The notes below the pieces were generated by a model. The model saw only the letters and a list, made by a program, of their open reading frames with translations, was not told the origin of the DNA and did no database searches. The translations under genes and the position numbers were made by a program. DNA of 62,006 nt, filler included, from Platydemus manokwari (taxonomy: Eukaryota): NCBI GenBank assembly GCA_037951405.1. It is 5 parts of 5 records of this genome, joined end to end, with 100 filler letters (N's around TTAATTAATTAA, not from the genome) between each part and the next. Parts side by side here need not be neighbours in the genome. Positions count along the whole stretch, not along the records: positions 36,303 to 47,316 come from JBBMOY010977751.1; positions 47,417 to 62,006 come from JBBMOY011438089.1; 3 more parts are not named here. One strand, written 5' to 3'. Positions 41,001 through 54,857 of this stretch are shown here, piece after piece. The first letter of the stretch is position 1. The number at the start of each line of letters is the position of its first letter.

Positions 41001-42247
41001 GCCTCTGTAATACATAAAGCGCTAAGATCAGTATGATTTTTCGAAATCGACATTTTATAACTATTTTCTCTATTGTATAAGGCTCGAAATCCATGACTCA
41101 CCTCGTTTTAATTGCAAGTCTGACTTATTAGATACATTAATAAGCAAATCCGTTTGATGGTAGTACCAATTCCGACCAGATTTATCGATACTGGACGAAT
41201 ATAAATACTTGGGTAATTCTATCACGCTGTCATTTGCAATGTTGAAGACTCAAAGTACATAACTGGGATCACACGATCCAATAATGATTTTGTGAATATA
41301 TCCAAAATAACTAAGTTTACGACGTATGATTGCTCCTTGACAGTACATTGTGGAATTGGTTGTATTAAACATTCTGAGGACAATCGATATTAAGAAGAAA
41401 AATCTGTCATCTCCGATCACCCTGGAAAATATATAACTGTCTCATTAAACCAAATGAAAAGGTCTAGCGAATCGAAGCGTCAGTGGATTAGCCTAAGAAA
41501 GTCAGTATGTCGTTGGACAATGAGAAAGACATGAAAATCAAGATTACAAAATATGTGCTATCGTTTTTACATTTTCTTTGACCAACCAAAATAATTATTA
41601 AGGAGTATTTTGTAACATTCAGATGAACATACAGCAGCTTTCGGGGATCATTTAAATTAATGTGAATATCTTTGAGGATAATCAACAAGCAAGATTGTTT
41701 AAATTTCAATACGATTTTGGAAATAATTTGATTTAAGTTTAAATTCTAAAATTAACATCTCTATTTTAAAATATGCGGGTTTGTGATAATAAACAATAAA
41801 ATTAAATCTAGACCAGTCAAGTCAAACTCATTGATATCCAATGAGCATAATAAATATTTATATCTGAAAATTGATCTTCTCAAATATTTCTAATAAATTT
41901 ATCAGTTTTCTTTGTAGCCATTTAATATTATATTCTTTACAAATGACACACAAAATAGAGGTTTAATATTTCACAAGTGGAAAGCTTTTCTAAATTTCTA
42001 GTATTTTCACATTCATTGGAAAAAGGAAAAATATTAAAGATATTCTTATTCACATCATAATTATGATTTTAAGCTGCGGTTTCAATCAAACTTTTTAATT
42101 CATTCCACCACACACAATTGGTACAACACTGATTTTATTTAGACCTTGATAATTCTACTATTTTTAAAAAGCCATGGAAAATTAATGAGTCCATGTACAA
42201 ATTTAATTAACTGTATCATGCATTCTTATAAAAATATTGATTCTAAC

Positions 42248-43480
42248 CAGTGATAATAAGCCTGGCCGAAATATGGGCGCCCCTTCAAACCTTACAACAC
42301 TATTTGACTATTTATATATTTCGGGTTTTTTTTCAAGTTTATTGGTAGCACCAATTTATAAAAAATTATTATTGTAAAATAAGACTCCAATAAAAACTAA
42401 CTACTTTTGCTTTAATTTTATTATAATTAATTTTTATTACTTCGCAAGTTTCTCAATTTTAAGATATGAAAAATATATAATTATATTAGAATTCTAATAA
42501 TTAAAATTTTAATATCAAAATACATTTAATAACTAAATAGTTTTATAAAAAACCAGATATAGCTTGCCACACATTGATGTGACTTAATATGTTTAAATTA
42601 ATTAGGTTTTTAATTCATTATTTTTCAAATATAAATTAAGAAAATATTTAAATTCAAACTCATTTTAGTTAAAAAAATTATATAGATGTCTGACAAGTGA
42701 TTGTCAAAAACGTGCCTGGATTCAAATGCATAGGTTCCTTAAAATTTTAAAACTTTCCGTAAAAAATCTTTGGAATTTTTCGAATGTGAAAAACAATGAA
42801 CATTTACATTATTATTTATACAGACTGCGATTTCAGAAATTTACTTAATTATTGAATAACTTCAACAATTATTCTCATTGAAATTTGTTTTACATTAATA
42901 TAAAAATTATTTGGTAGTCCTAAAAATCTATTCATATATGCGGCTCTTATCAGACTATTTTTATCATCTTTAAACTGAAGCTTTTGCATAAAAAGGAATA
43001 AATGTATATCATCAATTATTAAAAAATATTATAATTATAATGATATTTTGTGTAATAATAAAGTCAATTTTGATACTACTCAAACTGAACGGGGTCTAAA
43101 CATCTATCTAATTTCTATCGTAATTTTTGATTCATACTAAGGTTTATAACTACTACTTTGCATAATATTTTTTCTGATATATCAACTAAGAAATTCCTTC
43201 CTGATGCTTAACTATTACTCCAGAACTGATAAGATATGCACGATGTGTAAAACAATTCAGCAAAATACTACAATTCAGCAAAATATTACTGCACTCGTTG
43301 AAAAGACAAACAATTTCAAATGAGATATAGATTGCTTTGATTTTATTTCTTCTTTTTGAAATAGAGATAAAATGCTCTTTAAATAATCATTTTTCAGTAC
43401 ACAAAGCCTACACATTTTCGGTGTGCTTGTTTGATAGTTCATCAAAATAATTAATATCCGTCAATACTTCATAATTTTCT
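42248..43480 (-). mobile_element. Possible heavily decayed hAT transposase remnant
   Basis: The minus strand VHCFSH (about 42785-42805) resembles the hAT CxxH motif, and a GC-rich CAG...GGGCGCCCC end-like sequence starts at 42248. Weak. Confidence 0.3.
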
Positions 43481-46400
43481 TCTAAATATAAACTTATAAT
43501 TTTAATTAAATTTATTTTTTTACTTTTAATTTGATAATTTTATTATTTTTATTGTTTATATTTTTAGATTTATATCTTTTGCCACACCATAATAATTTTT
43601 GTTATTGATAATTATTTATTATAAAAATTTATTAGTTCATTATAGCCTCTGATAATTTCATTTGACTTTTAGGCCGAGTTTTTATTATCAGATGTAAATC
43701 GTAAAATTGAGTATTTTCATTTACTGTTGTTTTGTTAAAATTATATTTTTTAAGTATAATCTCAGAATTAACAATTAACTTCGTATTTTAGGAAGATCAA
43801 TAACATAAAAATGTGTGCATATTGCTTTTAATCAATAAATTTGTTGGACTCTCGACTATCTATCAATGACTTGTATATAATGTGGGTCGAGAGAAATTTC
43901 ATTTTCGTCTTTGACTTATATTAATACAAAATATCGATCGAATTTTGAAGATCTGGAATTAGTACTGAGACCAGCTATCACCCAAATAGAACCAAGATTT
44001 GATGTTTTATGCCAGAATATTTGCAAAATCGTTGTTATTATTAAATATATTATAATTTTTTGGTGTTAAAAATAATTTTTTTATTAAAAATATTTACTTT
44101 ATTATTTTTATTTTATTCCCTAGGGGTAGCGAAAATATTTGAACTCGTAAAGTGGGTCACAACATCTATTTAACAATTACAGAAATTGTACACAATTTGT
44201 TTGCTCTCAATACATAGTTATTAATATAAATTATACAGAGATGGTTGGATACCGAGTCGATTTATATTCACCATATTTGTTAATATTAACTAAATTAGAA
44301 ATAACCATATATACTAGCTAATAAGAGCGGTATAATTGGCCAAAACTACTACTGTCATATTTAAAACAATTCATGAAAACTACTACATACTATTCCATTT
44401 GTGACTATATTCTAAGTATCTTTAAAACCAATATTATTCTATGACTATACAAAGCACGGAAGTCATACTGAACAGTTACAAATAATAATAGTAGCTCCAA
44501 TCAATGATCTGTTAAAATCGCTGCCATACGCAGATTTTATAGTAAAACTTTTACGCATTTTTAATATCATGTACTTTTTGTAATGTATTTCTATGAATTT
44601 TTCTGACTCGTCATATGTCACAACATCACATGAAAACGAACTCTGTTTTTGATTTGACTGTACTTCTTTTAACAAATTTACTTAGTTTTTAAAAAGCTAT
44701 AAAATTTATAAACTTTAGTTTAGTGAATTTTTTAAAAAAAATTATTTCTAATCGTAATATTCAGGAAGTTGAATATGAAGCTTGGAAACTAGCGTTTGAT
44801 TTAAAGGAATTTTCATTACAGAATTTATTATGGAATTTATGAGATCTATTTTGATATGAATTATATGAGTCTAATCAATCAGAACAATTATGATACGTCT
44901 TGTTTTTAATAAATAAAATCTAACAAAGCCGCATTATCATATTATTCTTTATTATTTTTCTAAAATCCGTTGTTGTTATCATAATTTAATTTAAAATAAT
45001 TCAATTTTTCGGTTTCGCAATTATTTCTGAATCAATTTTTATCTGAATTATCCTAAATTAATAAATCAATTTGTTTGTTTCATCCATTTCAATACCATGG
45101 AAATTTCTCTAAAATTGCAAAATATCGAAATTTGATACGTAAAGATTTCTTTAGCTTAAATTCCCCCATAGCTTAAATTTAATTGAATTTCAAAATAAAT
45201 TAAATTTAAGTATTCTAAATATATGTTTTAATATTACTTAACAAGTTTGTTTGAATAATTTGTTAGCTTATAACATAGATGTGTATGGATTTTGAATTTA
45301 TTCTGAATTTTTTCAATCCAATTTAGTTAAAATCATGATTAAATTCAAATAATGTGTATCATATATACTCTCCTAATAAGTTAATTTCTTAAATAATAAA
45401 ATTCTAATAATTTATTACACTTACTTCTAGCTATTGTTAGAACGTTTAAGGTACTAATTAATACTGTTAATATTTGTGATTAACTTATTTATTTATTTGT
45501 CCCATTAAAAATGATTTGACATGCATAAGCCCAATACGAGTAAAACGTTAAAGAAATTAAACATTTGTGATAAAAATATATTAAATAATTAATATATTCT
45601 TCTCTTTGGATTGCATTCGTAAAGTTTTATCAAACTTATTCAATTCAATAGAATCACATGTTTTAGTTAGACAACGAGATTTATGAACCGAATATGAATG
45701 GTCACAAATTTAAGTAAATTTTATTGTAAACATAATCATCAATTTGTTTGTCTCAAATTTGCAATAAAATATTTCAGAATTGTCCCATAAAACTTTGATA
45801 ACAATTCAATATACAATGTTAGTCGATGCCATTTTAAAAATCACACATTGAAAACAAACTGAAAATTCAAGGCACCAAAAATCTATTTAAATACAAATAT
45901 TTAAACTAATAAATTTAATTTTATATAAATATGATTTTATATCAAATTAGAATAAAATTTGAATTAAAAATTTAATTCATTTAAAATATTTTACATACAA
46001 CATTCGATCCGTACAAATATCTGACTGTAATGCATTCGAAGCAAACGATCAATTTGAATTTAATGGCATAATAACATATAAATTAATATTAAATAAAAGT
46101 AGAGTTGATAATATATTGATAGCAAATATATAATGAAAATGAGTTTTCCATTTTTTTCAATCACAACTTCGTAATTTTCTCCGTCGAATAAGAACTGATA
46201 TTTTAAAATTGAAATGTTCTCTGTAACAACTAAAATGAAACAATTCTATCAAACATATTTTCCCAACCAATCACATTTTGACAGAATCGTTGTGGAGGAG
46301 AGTCAGTTTTTGTTATTGTTTTTTTATAAATTAACTATTTAGTCAGAATTTTATTTAGTAATTGAATGAATATTGTGGAAAAAAATTCGTGTGTCCTTTC

Positions 46401-47316
46401 TAAAATAATAAGCAATACTATTTATTGTTTATAATTTCAAAAAAAAACTAATTAGCTCATTTAACTTTTTTACTAGAAAAAATGCAACCAAAACCTATAT
46501 GCTTATTATCTATTAATAATAATAATTATTATAGTTATGATTATCACTAGTACTATATCTTCAATTCTTATCGTTGTGACCACCATTGTTATAGATTATA
46601 TTACTTATTAATGATTTATTCACAATGTCATTAATAATTATTATTTTAAATTTATTTAGATTATTAAGGACTATATGGGGGTGTAAGAAAGATTACGGGA
46701 GAACATAAATATTTAAGGTACAAGAAGTAGGGTGTTAATAAAAGAAATAAAATGATTAAAACATTTTTTTGAAAAGTGTGCAACTGTCAACTTTATTCTC
46801 GTTATTTAAATTAGAAATTGCGCATATCATTGTAACTGTATCTGGTACAATAATGGGCTTAAGTTAAGAAAAAGAATCCTTTGTCCTACTTTCGTCATAA
46901 TTAATTTTCGCGCACGAGATAATTTTATAACATAATTTTATATAGCACTGCTATATTTGATTTGTTTCTTTAATTCAGTTAATATTCCCTTTTTTAATAT
47001 GCCTGATAGTGACAAAACATAGTTTTAAACCCAATTTTCCATTCTAATCACAACACTTCTATGTGATTATTTGAGTTTAATCGAGTTAATTAGTTACAGA
47101 CATTTTTAATAATATCATTGTTTATTTTTATAAAATAATTGTAAAGATTGAAAATATCTCTCAATTTGCTTCTAATGTTAGAAAGGGGTTGTCGCTAATT
47201 TTCAATAAATCACAATTCGACTAATTTTTTTCATTTTTCCAAATAATCAATTTTTGTAAGAATTGTATTTAATATTTGATTTCAAACAATTAAGATTCTT
47301 CTTGAGTACTTAAATA

Positions 47317-47416
47317 NNNNNNNNNNNNNNNNNNNNNNNNNNNNNNNNNNNNNNNNNNNNTTAATTAATTAANNNNNNNNNNNNNNNNNNNNNNNNNNNN
47401 NNNNNNNNNNNNNNNN
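47317..47416. other. Artificial assembly linker
   Basis: Same 100-bp spacer. Confidence 0.98.
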
Positions 47417-50400
47417 AACAATGTTGACTGATTTTGATAGCTTATGAATAGAGCTTCAAAATGACGTGTATGTTAATGATTTGCTACAGCACATACACAA
47501 GTGTTTACATCTCTTGTCAAATTCCGGTTATTAAGTTATAGACCCAATACAATAAATTCGTACAAATTATATCAACAGAATAATAGTGATTAACTAATTA
47601 ATTTAAATAATTTATCTGGTTATGTGTTTTTGCTACTTGATTAATATTGATCTTTGTTATTTGTAAATCGCATTTCTTATCATTTATTGTAATTCGATAT
47701 TTATAGATCAATTATGTATTCTTATCTATTGGGCTCATTTATTTGTATTTAAATTATTTTTATCATTTCTTTACTGCCCCTTCGGAGTCAGACATAAGTC
47801 GAATAAATTATTACGAATAAAAAACTTTCTGGTATTCAAACCCAAACAAAAATTTAAATTTAGCACCTTAAGTACCAAAAAAATTAATATGTTGATAAAT
47901 TTAGACATGACGTCTTAAAAGTTACTAAAATTAGCAATAAATGAGACCAAAAATATTACACACAGAGATGTGACCTTCAAAATCACTATATAAGCGCAAA
48001 AAAATTCAATTCACTCGCACCTTATTCCATGCTCTTCGTTTATTTAATTTATTAAACTATTTGCCAAACAATTTACAATGCTTTATTGTATATTATCATT
48101 TACAAAAAGAAATTACCTTCAAATATATTAAGCCGAAGCATCTGTTAACGCAGCGAAATTTCCAGAAATATTTAGTCGAAGAAACTATTTTTTATTCAAA
48201 TCAATACTAATGATGAGTAGAATTATTTGCAACTATTATGCGCCCAAAGCCATCTTAATAGAAGTGTAGTTGATCTAAAATTCTGAGGTTCCTACGTTAT
48301 CACCCATTTTCTTTTATTAACACGGGGGTGTCTAGCACCTAGTTGGCACATCTGAATCCTTTTATTGAATGATCCGAAAGTCATCACTGGCAAATTGTAT
48401 ATCTTAAGTGTATACAAATCTGATTTATTCTATTAAAAAAAGCTTATTTTAATGAATTATTTTATTGAATAATATTTTAATATTTTAATAATATTTTTTC
48501 AGGATGATCGATAATCACCCTGACTATTTATATTTAAATTATTATCATTAATATAGAGAGTTCGAACACTTCCAACGTGTCTGAGCGGAACAGATTCTGT
48601 TGGGAGATAAAATCGGGACCTTCGTCACAAATATTATTACGGAAATCGTCTACATCTGTCTAATTTGTAATCGTATAACATCAAAATTTTAATTTGATTT
48701 CTTATATCTATATAAAACCCTAACATGCACCAAAAATAGCAACACTTGATACTAAGCATAGAATTTTACTAAAAACAACGCACGATGAATAAAAAAAATA
48801 CAGACTTAATAACTTTAAATAGATTATAAGCGAGTATCACTAGTCATTGCACGCACAATATTACAAGTATAAAATAATTATGCCAATATTTCAAGATCAA
48901 ATTTGAATATATATTCAAGCGAATTTTATTATTATTTTCTTGTCCGTTATATATCATTTATTATTGCAATTATTCTGAAGATTCCTGCAATTCCATTTAC
49001 ATTTAACTGCAGATCCACGGCCATTACTAGCCTTGTGATCCATAATAATCTCATAAGCCACAAAATCTTTGATTCACCTATTTCATTTTTATGAAGAGGC
49101 TTATCCGGTAACCTAGGTGTTACACCCTATACTTTTATCTTTTTCACAATAGAATTATATATTATTTGCTAGAGTTGATTTTTTGTTGATGTTAACATAA
49201 TCATTATTTATGCTTAAAATATTATTTTAATTATTCGGGGGATTTAATTGCAACAAAAACCTTATATGTTGGAGTCCAGATAAGTCAAAGATTTTAAGTA
49301 AAACGTTTCTGATTTATAAACATCAATCAATACTCTTTTACAAATTATACATTCGTATTTTAAACTTAAATTATAATCATAATCAAAATCTTAAACACTA
49401 TTCGTTCTGATTAGAATTAAGAAGCTCGATTTAATTTTTATGAGTGATTTATGATGAAAATCCATCAGCTTTATAGTTACTGAAGTGCGGTTCTTTGTAC
49501 GTAAGATTTTTCCATCGCTTTGACTAATTTTAATTATTTTTCATACCTTGGACATTATTATTTATAATTTTTAAAGTTCTTTACTCATATATTTTTTAAA
49601 ATTTTCTCAGATATTACAAATTTTGTTATATAATTAATTGACATTTTAATTAATAATTTATCAATTTTACACTTGTTATTGCTCATTTTTTAAAATTAAA
49701 TTATCTTAATTCACATAAAATCTTTATCTTGTTTAATTTATAATTCTATTAATTTAATTTAAGATTTAATTTAATATACAATTTTAAACATTATTCTTGA
49801 AATGAATTATAAAAATTAATTAAAATCTTTAAATGTTAAAATTTTATTTTAACAAAATATTAAAATTGAATACATTTTATTTTTAAGTTACATATTATTT
49901 TAAAACACTATTCGAAATTTGGTTAAATAAAGTGTTAATGAAGTATAATGATTGAAATTAATATTTATTTATTGACGCTAGCAATTCTAATATGGTAAAT
50001 TATAAATTTTAGTCAAATTTCATTCTCAAAATATAACAACTTATTAAAAATGGTAAGGTACTGAAAATAACGAAATACCATGACTCATAAACTTTTAACA
50101 AACTTTAGCACTACTAAAAAATTCTACATCAAATCTTGATTGACTGGTTTAATCAAAAATTTTGTAAATGTTTGCAGGCCAAAGGAAAAATTCACCATTG
50201 TTAATAATATCGTTTCTTATTTATTCTCTGTATAATAAAAAGTACTCTATTTTTGTTTGATCATCGTCTGAAATACCTGTTTAAAACACAAATAAATAAT
50301 ATGTAAGTATTCTTCATAGATAATTATAAAGTGATATTAAAACCCATTTCAATTAAAACTATTATTTCTATATCTCATGAATTTCGGAACTAAACCTATG

Positions 50401-50497
50401 TAACGAAAAAACTTTGTTTAAATATTTGCATTTTGTTCGAAATTTTAAAGTTCATATTTAAATTTTAAAATTTAAATTTAAAATCTTTTCAATAATT

Positions 50498-53400
50498 ATG
50501 CAAAAATTATTAGATAAATTCAATGTTGATTTGACAGGCTTAGAAAATCTTTTAAAAGGTATGTAATTTAATGAATACCATTATAAGTAATGCAAGTCTC
50601 TAAATGGACAATTAGATTTAAAATGCTCACACTTTATTCTACAAAATGGTTTTAATACAATTTCTATACACTTTATAAGATAAAAATCAATTAAATTGAG
50701 ATAGACTGAAATTGATCTACAGCATTGTTAATCAATCTGTGACTTGTAGATTGTATTTTTTTAAAAACTTCAAGCCAAATTAGTAATATAATAATTAGTA
50801 ATTGCTATTTTGTAAACATTGGCATTAATTATTGTTGAATACTATGCTTTCCATATCGGTTATTAAACATCCTAATTCAGGCGTTGTTGCTTATGTCGAA
50901 GTCAGAACAGGTACAGAGGATATAAGCTATGATATTGCTAGGGAAATGAAAGAAATAGGTGCTACTATATCAGACAGTCGTAATTCATCAGTAACGCACG
51001 TCATATTTCGTGAAGGTACATTAAGGACTTCTAATTGGGCTAAAAGGCATAAAGTCCCTCTGATTGATATTGGATGGTTGGCTGCTTGTACAAGATATCG
51101 AGTAAATCTATCATACCAATGCAAAGGATGAAACTTTACTTTGTTACTTGTATTTGTAGGAAAATTTACATTCTCGACCTTGGCATGTGAATTATTTGGT
51201 GGAATCGGTCGACATTTTTGGCGATAAGAAGAAAATGAAGTATAAAAAATATTTCAAAAATATGAATATTGAAGAATTTGAAGCGGAACTCGAACGAAGT
51301 AAAGAAAGACGTAAAAAACAAATGACAAAACAGTTAAACAATTCCAAATCCGATGTCAGTTTCGATGCTAACCTTTACGATTCACCGGAAAATGAACGTA
51401 TCATGAAACGGTCGGATCCAATGTGCAAACTACGAACACCGGAAATTGTCAAACGTTATCAGGCACGACATGAACGCTTCAAACAAACGGGTCGATATTC
51501 TTGGGAGTCGGACGATGAAATTGAACTAGGAACTAAGGCGAATAGTGAGAAAATGGAAAATTCTTCAACTCAACCAGAGACGCAGACGAATATACAATCT
51601 ATTGATGATGAGGAACAATCAAATATCAAATCGATTGATAATGATAAAAGTCATTCGAACGAAAACATTGATTCGAGCATCAGGTAGTTTTTGAATAAGA
51701 TTTTGTAAAATTTTGCAATTATAAATAAAGATAATTAACTATGAGTAATGCGCAATCAATTTTTCTGAATGCTTCGTGGGGGGTTAGTTTAGACATTTGA
51801 CAAATTAGCTAATTATTTCTCCATGGATATAGATCAAGATAGATAATTCCTTATTTATATATGCATAAACTAGGAGAAAACCATGATTTGGTTGTTGAGC
51901 GAAATTGATTACTTGTGCATCGACATTAAGAAATTTTCTGATTTCAAATTTATCGGATTGAATGATAAACGTTTACCTAATACTATCAAATTAAAGTGAG
52001 TCATAAAAGCTCCAATCGATTGGTGTTTCCATTGGTTACCACGACAAAATCTATTGGTTAAATCTGTCCGAGTCAATTCAGTGTTTTCAATCAGAAATTG
52101 TTTTCATCGATATTATTGATATTTGTAAATAATTTCTCGTCTCTAGTATTTTTGATCCGGTAATTCCAAGACAGAAATTAAAAAGCAGACGACTCTTCAA
52201 GGATATTAACATTTCTCAAGACAGTTTAATTGAACCAGTACACAAATCGGAAAGGGCTGATGATTTAGTCAATATTTTACCGAAAGCTGTTCAGAAAGGA
52301 ATTAACGGAACCGTTCGGAAATCGGTGAAAAGATCGAGTACGGTTTTGGAGGATAAGAAACCCTCGAAAAAATCATGTTCATCTCCTTTGAATGATTCTT
52401 TCGATATTAGTTTACCAAAGAAAAAGCCAAAAGTTATTCCCAAAAACTCAATTGCAAATTTAAGCCCTATTTTGCCTCCTCCATCAACGCCAGTGAAAAA
52501 AAATTTAAAGTCAGAAAGACCGTTGTCTCCATTGGTTACCGAACATTCATCCAAAAGTCCTATTTTAAAATCTCCAAATATCTTCTTTACTCCAAAAAAT
52601 AAAAAACGAACATCATTGAGAACGAGAGTATTGAAGCAGTCGGCAAAGAAAAAATATCGTCAATCGCAACTTGATGGCAGTTTCAATTCGTTCAACAATG
52701 TCGACATGGACGATCCAGCAACCATTCTCGTTCCACAATCCGCTTATGGTGATCGTCGCATGAATTATGTACATCCGGTAAATGTCGAAACAGTGTTGGA
52801 AACACCAAACATGTCAGTCTCGTCCACGGATATCAACAATAATATTGGGGATTCATTCACTTCATCAGTCATTGCCAACATCATCGATACGCCAAATATG
52901 AGCAAATTGCTCGACAATCTCATCCCCAACAGACAGAAACCAGAATCATACGATCACATTCTTTTTATACCCAAAGTCACCTATGATCATTGCACAAGGG
53001 CGACATTACCGGATTTTAAGGCGCAAAAGAAATACATATCAGATAACATTGTCACCCCATCAAACCGATTGGACAAAGAGAGATTAATCGAGATGACGGG
53101 GGGCAAAAACTATCGCGTAACTCGCAAGAGCGCTAGAATATCAAATCGGCTTTCAAACCTTGTATCACCTCCAAAACAGGAAGGAAACGAATTTCAAAAT
53201 CCATCGATAATTTTGGATCGAATTCCTGGAATCGAATCGACGATTTCTTCCCGGTCGAGTATTTCAAATAAAAAGGTTCCCATAGAAAATTGCAAGCAAC
53301 TTGAGACTGATTTATCATCGTATTCGCCATTGTCGATTTCGTTGAATGATCCTTCTCCAATGGATACCGAAAACCGTCTTCAAATAGACCTTTCGAAAGC

Positions 53401-54490
53401 GTTTCCATCAGACGACAGTCGCTCAGCAGATGTCCACACAATCGATCCACCGGAAATGATATTCAAACCCGGGAATGATAATAATAAATCATCTACTCCG
53501 CGACGCAATATCCGTCGATCAACTCGACTCTCTCAGTTCAAAACTCTTACCGATCATCCAATGACTGAACTAACTGATTCCACCAGTCAACCAATCAAAT
53601 CCAACATTGAAACAATAAATCGTAAACGGCCATGGTCGAAAGTTGAAAGTCAAAAATTACCAGCTAAAACAACAACTGCCACCATCAACAACCAATCAAA
53701 AAAAAACAAACTGTTCCGTGACAGTAGTGACAGTTTTATCACCGGTTTTCCGCCGATTGTCAATAAGAAACAGAAAAGATTCAAAGTCAACACGGAAATC
53801 GTTTTGGTGGGATTCACAAATATGTAAGTCGTTCATTTTGTGGCGATTTTATTTTTGACAAAAAATATATTTTGTGTTGATTTTTGGCTTTGAAATCAAT
53901 TGTTTTTCGGTGAAATTTGATTCTATTGCAATATTCAGTGAAGAGAAGAATATCAAATCTATTTGTAAGCGATTACCGGGCGAATACAAATTTATAGACG
54001 TTGTCAGATCGAAAGAACAGCTCGTTATTGTGCCCGAAAAACCGAAGAAATCAATTGAAATTATAAATGCGTTGGTTTTTGGAAATACATTCGTCAAAAT
54101 GAAATGGATTGATCAATCGATTGAATCGAAAATGTGGCTTGATTTAACACCTTTCATTGTAAGCTTATTGTTCTATTGCTTATTATTTTAATGATTTGAT
54201 AGATTAAGGAAACAGAACTGTTTGATTTAGAAATTATCCCTCCTCGAGAGACAACACTTTTCAGTGAATATAGTTCCATGTATATATCACAATTACCTAA
54301 CGGAATTCCGAAATATAAATTAAGAGTTATCATCGAAATCGCCGGTGGAAAAGTTACAGATTCATTTAGACAAGCTGGAATTGTAATAAACACAAGAAAA
54401 ATCAATGCTCTTAGTGTTAAAGAAAATTGGATTTTAGATTCAATCAAAGAAGGCAAGGCCTTAAACCCGAAAAACTATATGATATTGTGA
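50498..54490 (+). CDS. MCPH1: Microcephalin (N-terminal BRCT, disordered linker, tandem C-terminal BRCT), 6 exons
   Basis: Exons 50498-50558, 50881-51101, 51160-51683, 52147-53823, 53939-54158 and 54203-54490 splice in frame. The N-BRCT LLKGVVAYVEV...GTE...GA...VTHVIFREG...W..AC matches MCPH1. The C-terminal pair contains W IDQSIESKMWLD..PF and IIEIAGGKV...VKENWILDSI. Confidence 0.92.
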
Positions 54491-54857
54491 TAAACTATTT
54501 AAATATTGTTGTTTTAATAAATTTTCATTTTGGTAGCGATTATTTTTATTTAAAAAACAATAATTGTAAACCATAAAACCTATATTAAAATGCATTTGAA
54601 TGTTCAAGATACATTATCTATTGAGAGTTATTTGTCCAATTTGAACCATACAATAATTTTCACTTATCTGTAATAATAAATAACAATCCCAAATCATACA
54701 GTACACAGTTAATCACGCACCTGAATCTTATAGACAATGAGGCAAATAAGCAGATCTCACAGTATCAATATCAAGACATACGCACATAACGACATTGGTA
54801 TATATTTAAATAGTTTTGGTAATGACTATCTTAGTCTGAACTTTGAACAATTTAATT

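Noticed and set aside
11097-47416. Four regularly spaced TTAATTAATTAA palindromes (11-13 kb period)
   Set aside because: Each sits inside exactly 44+44 Ns, so they are artificial six-frame-stop linkers, not biology.
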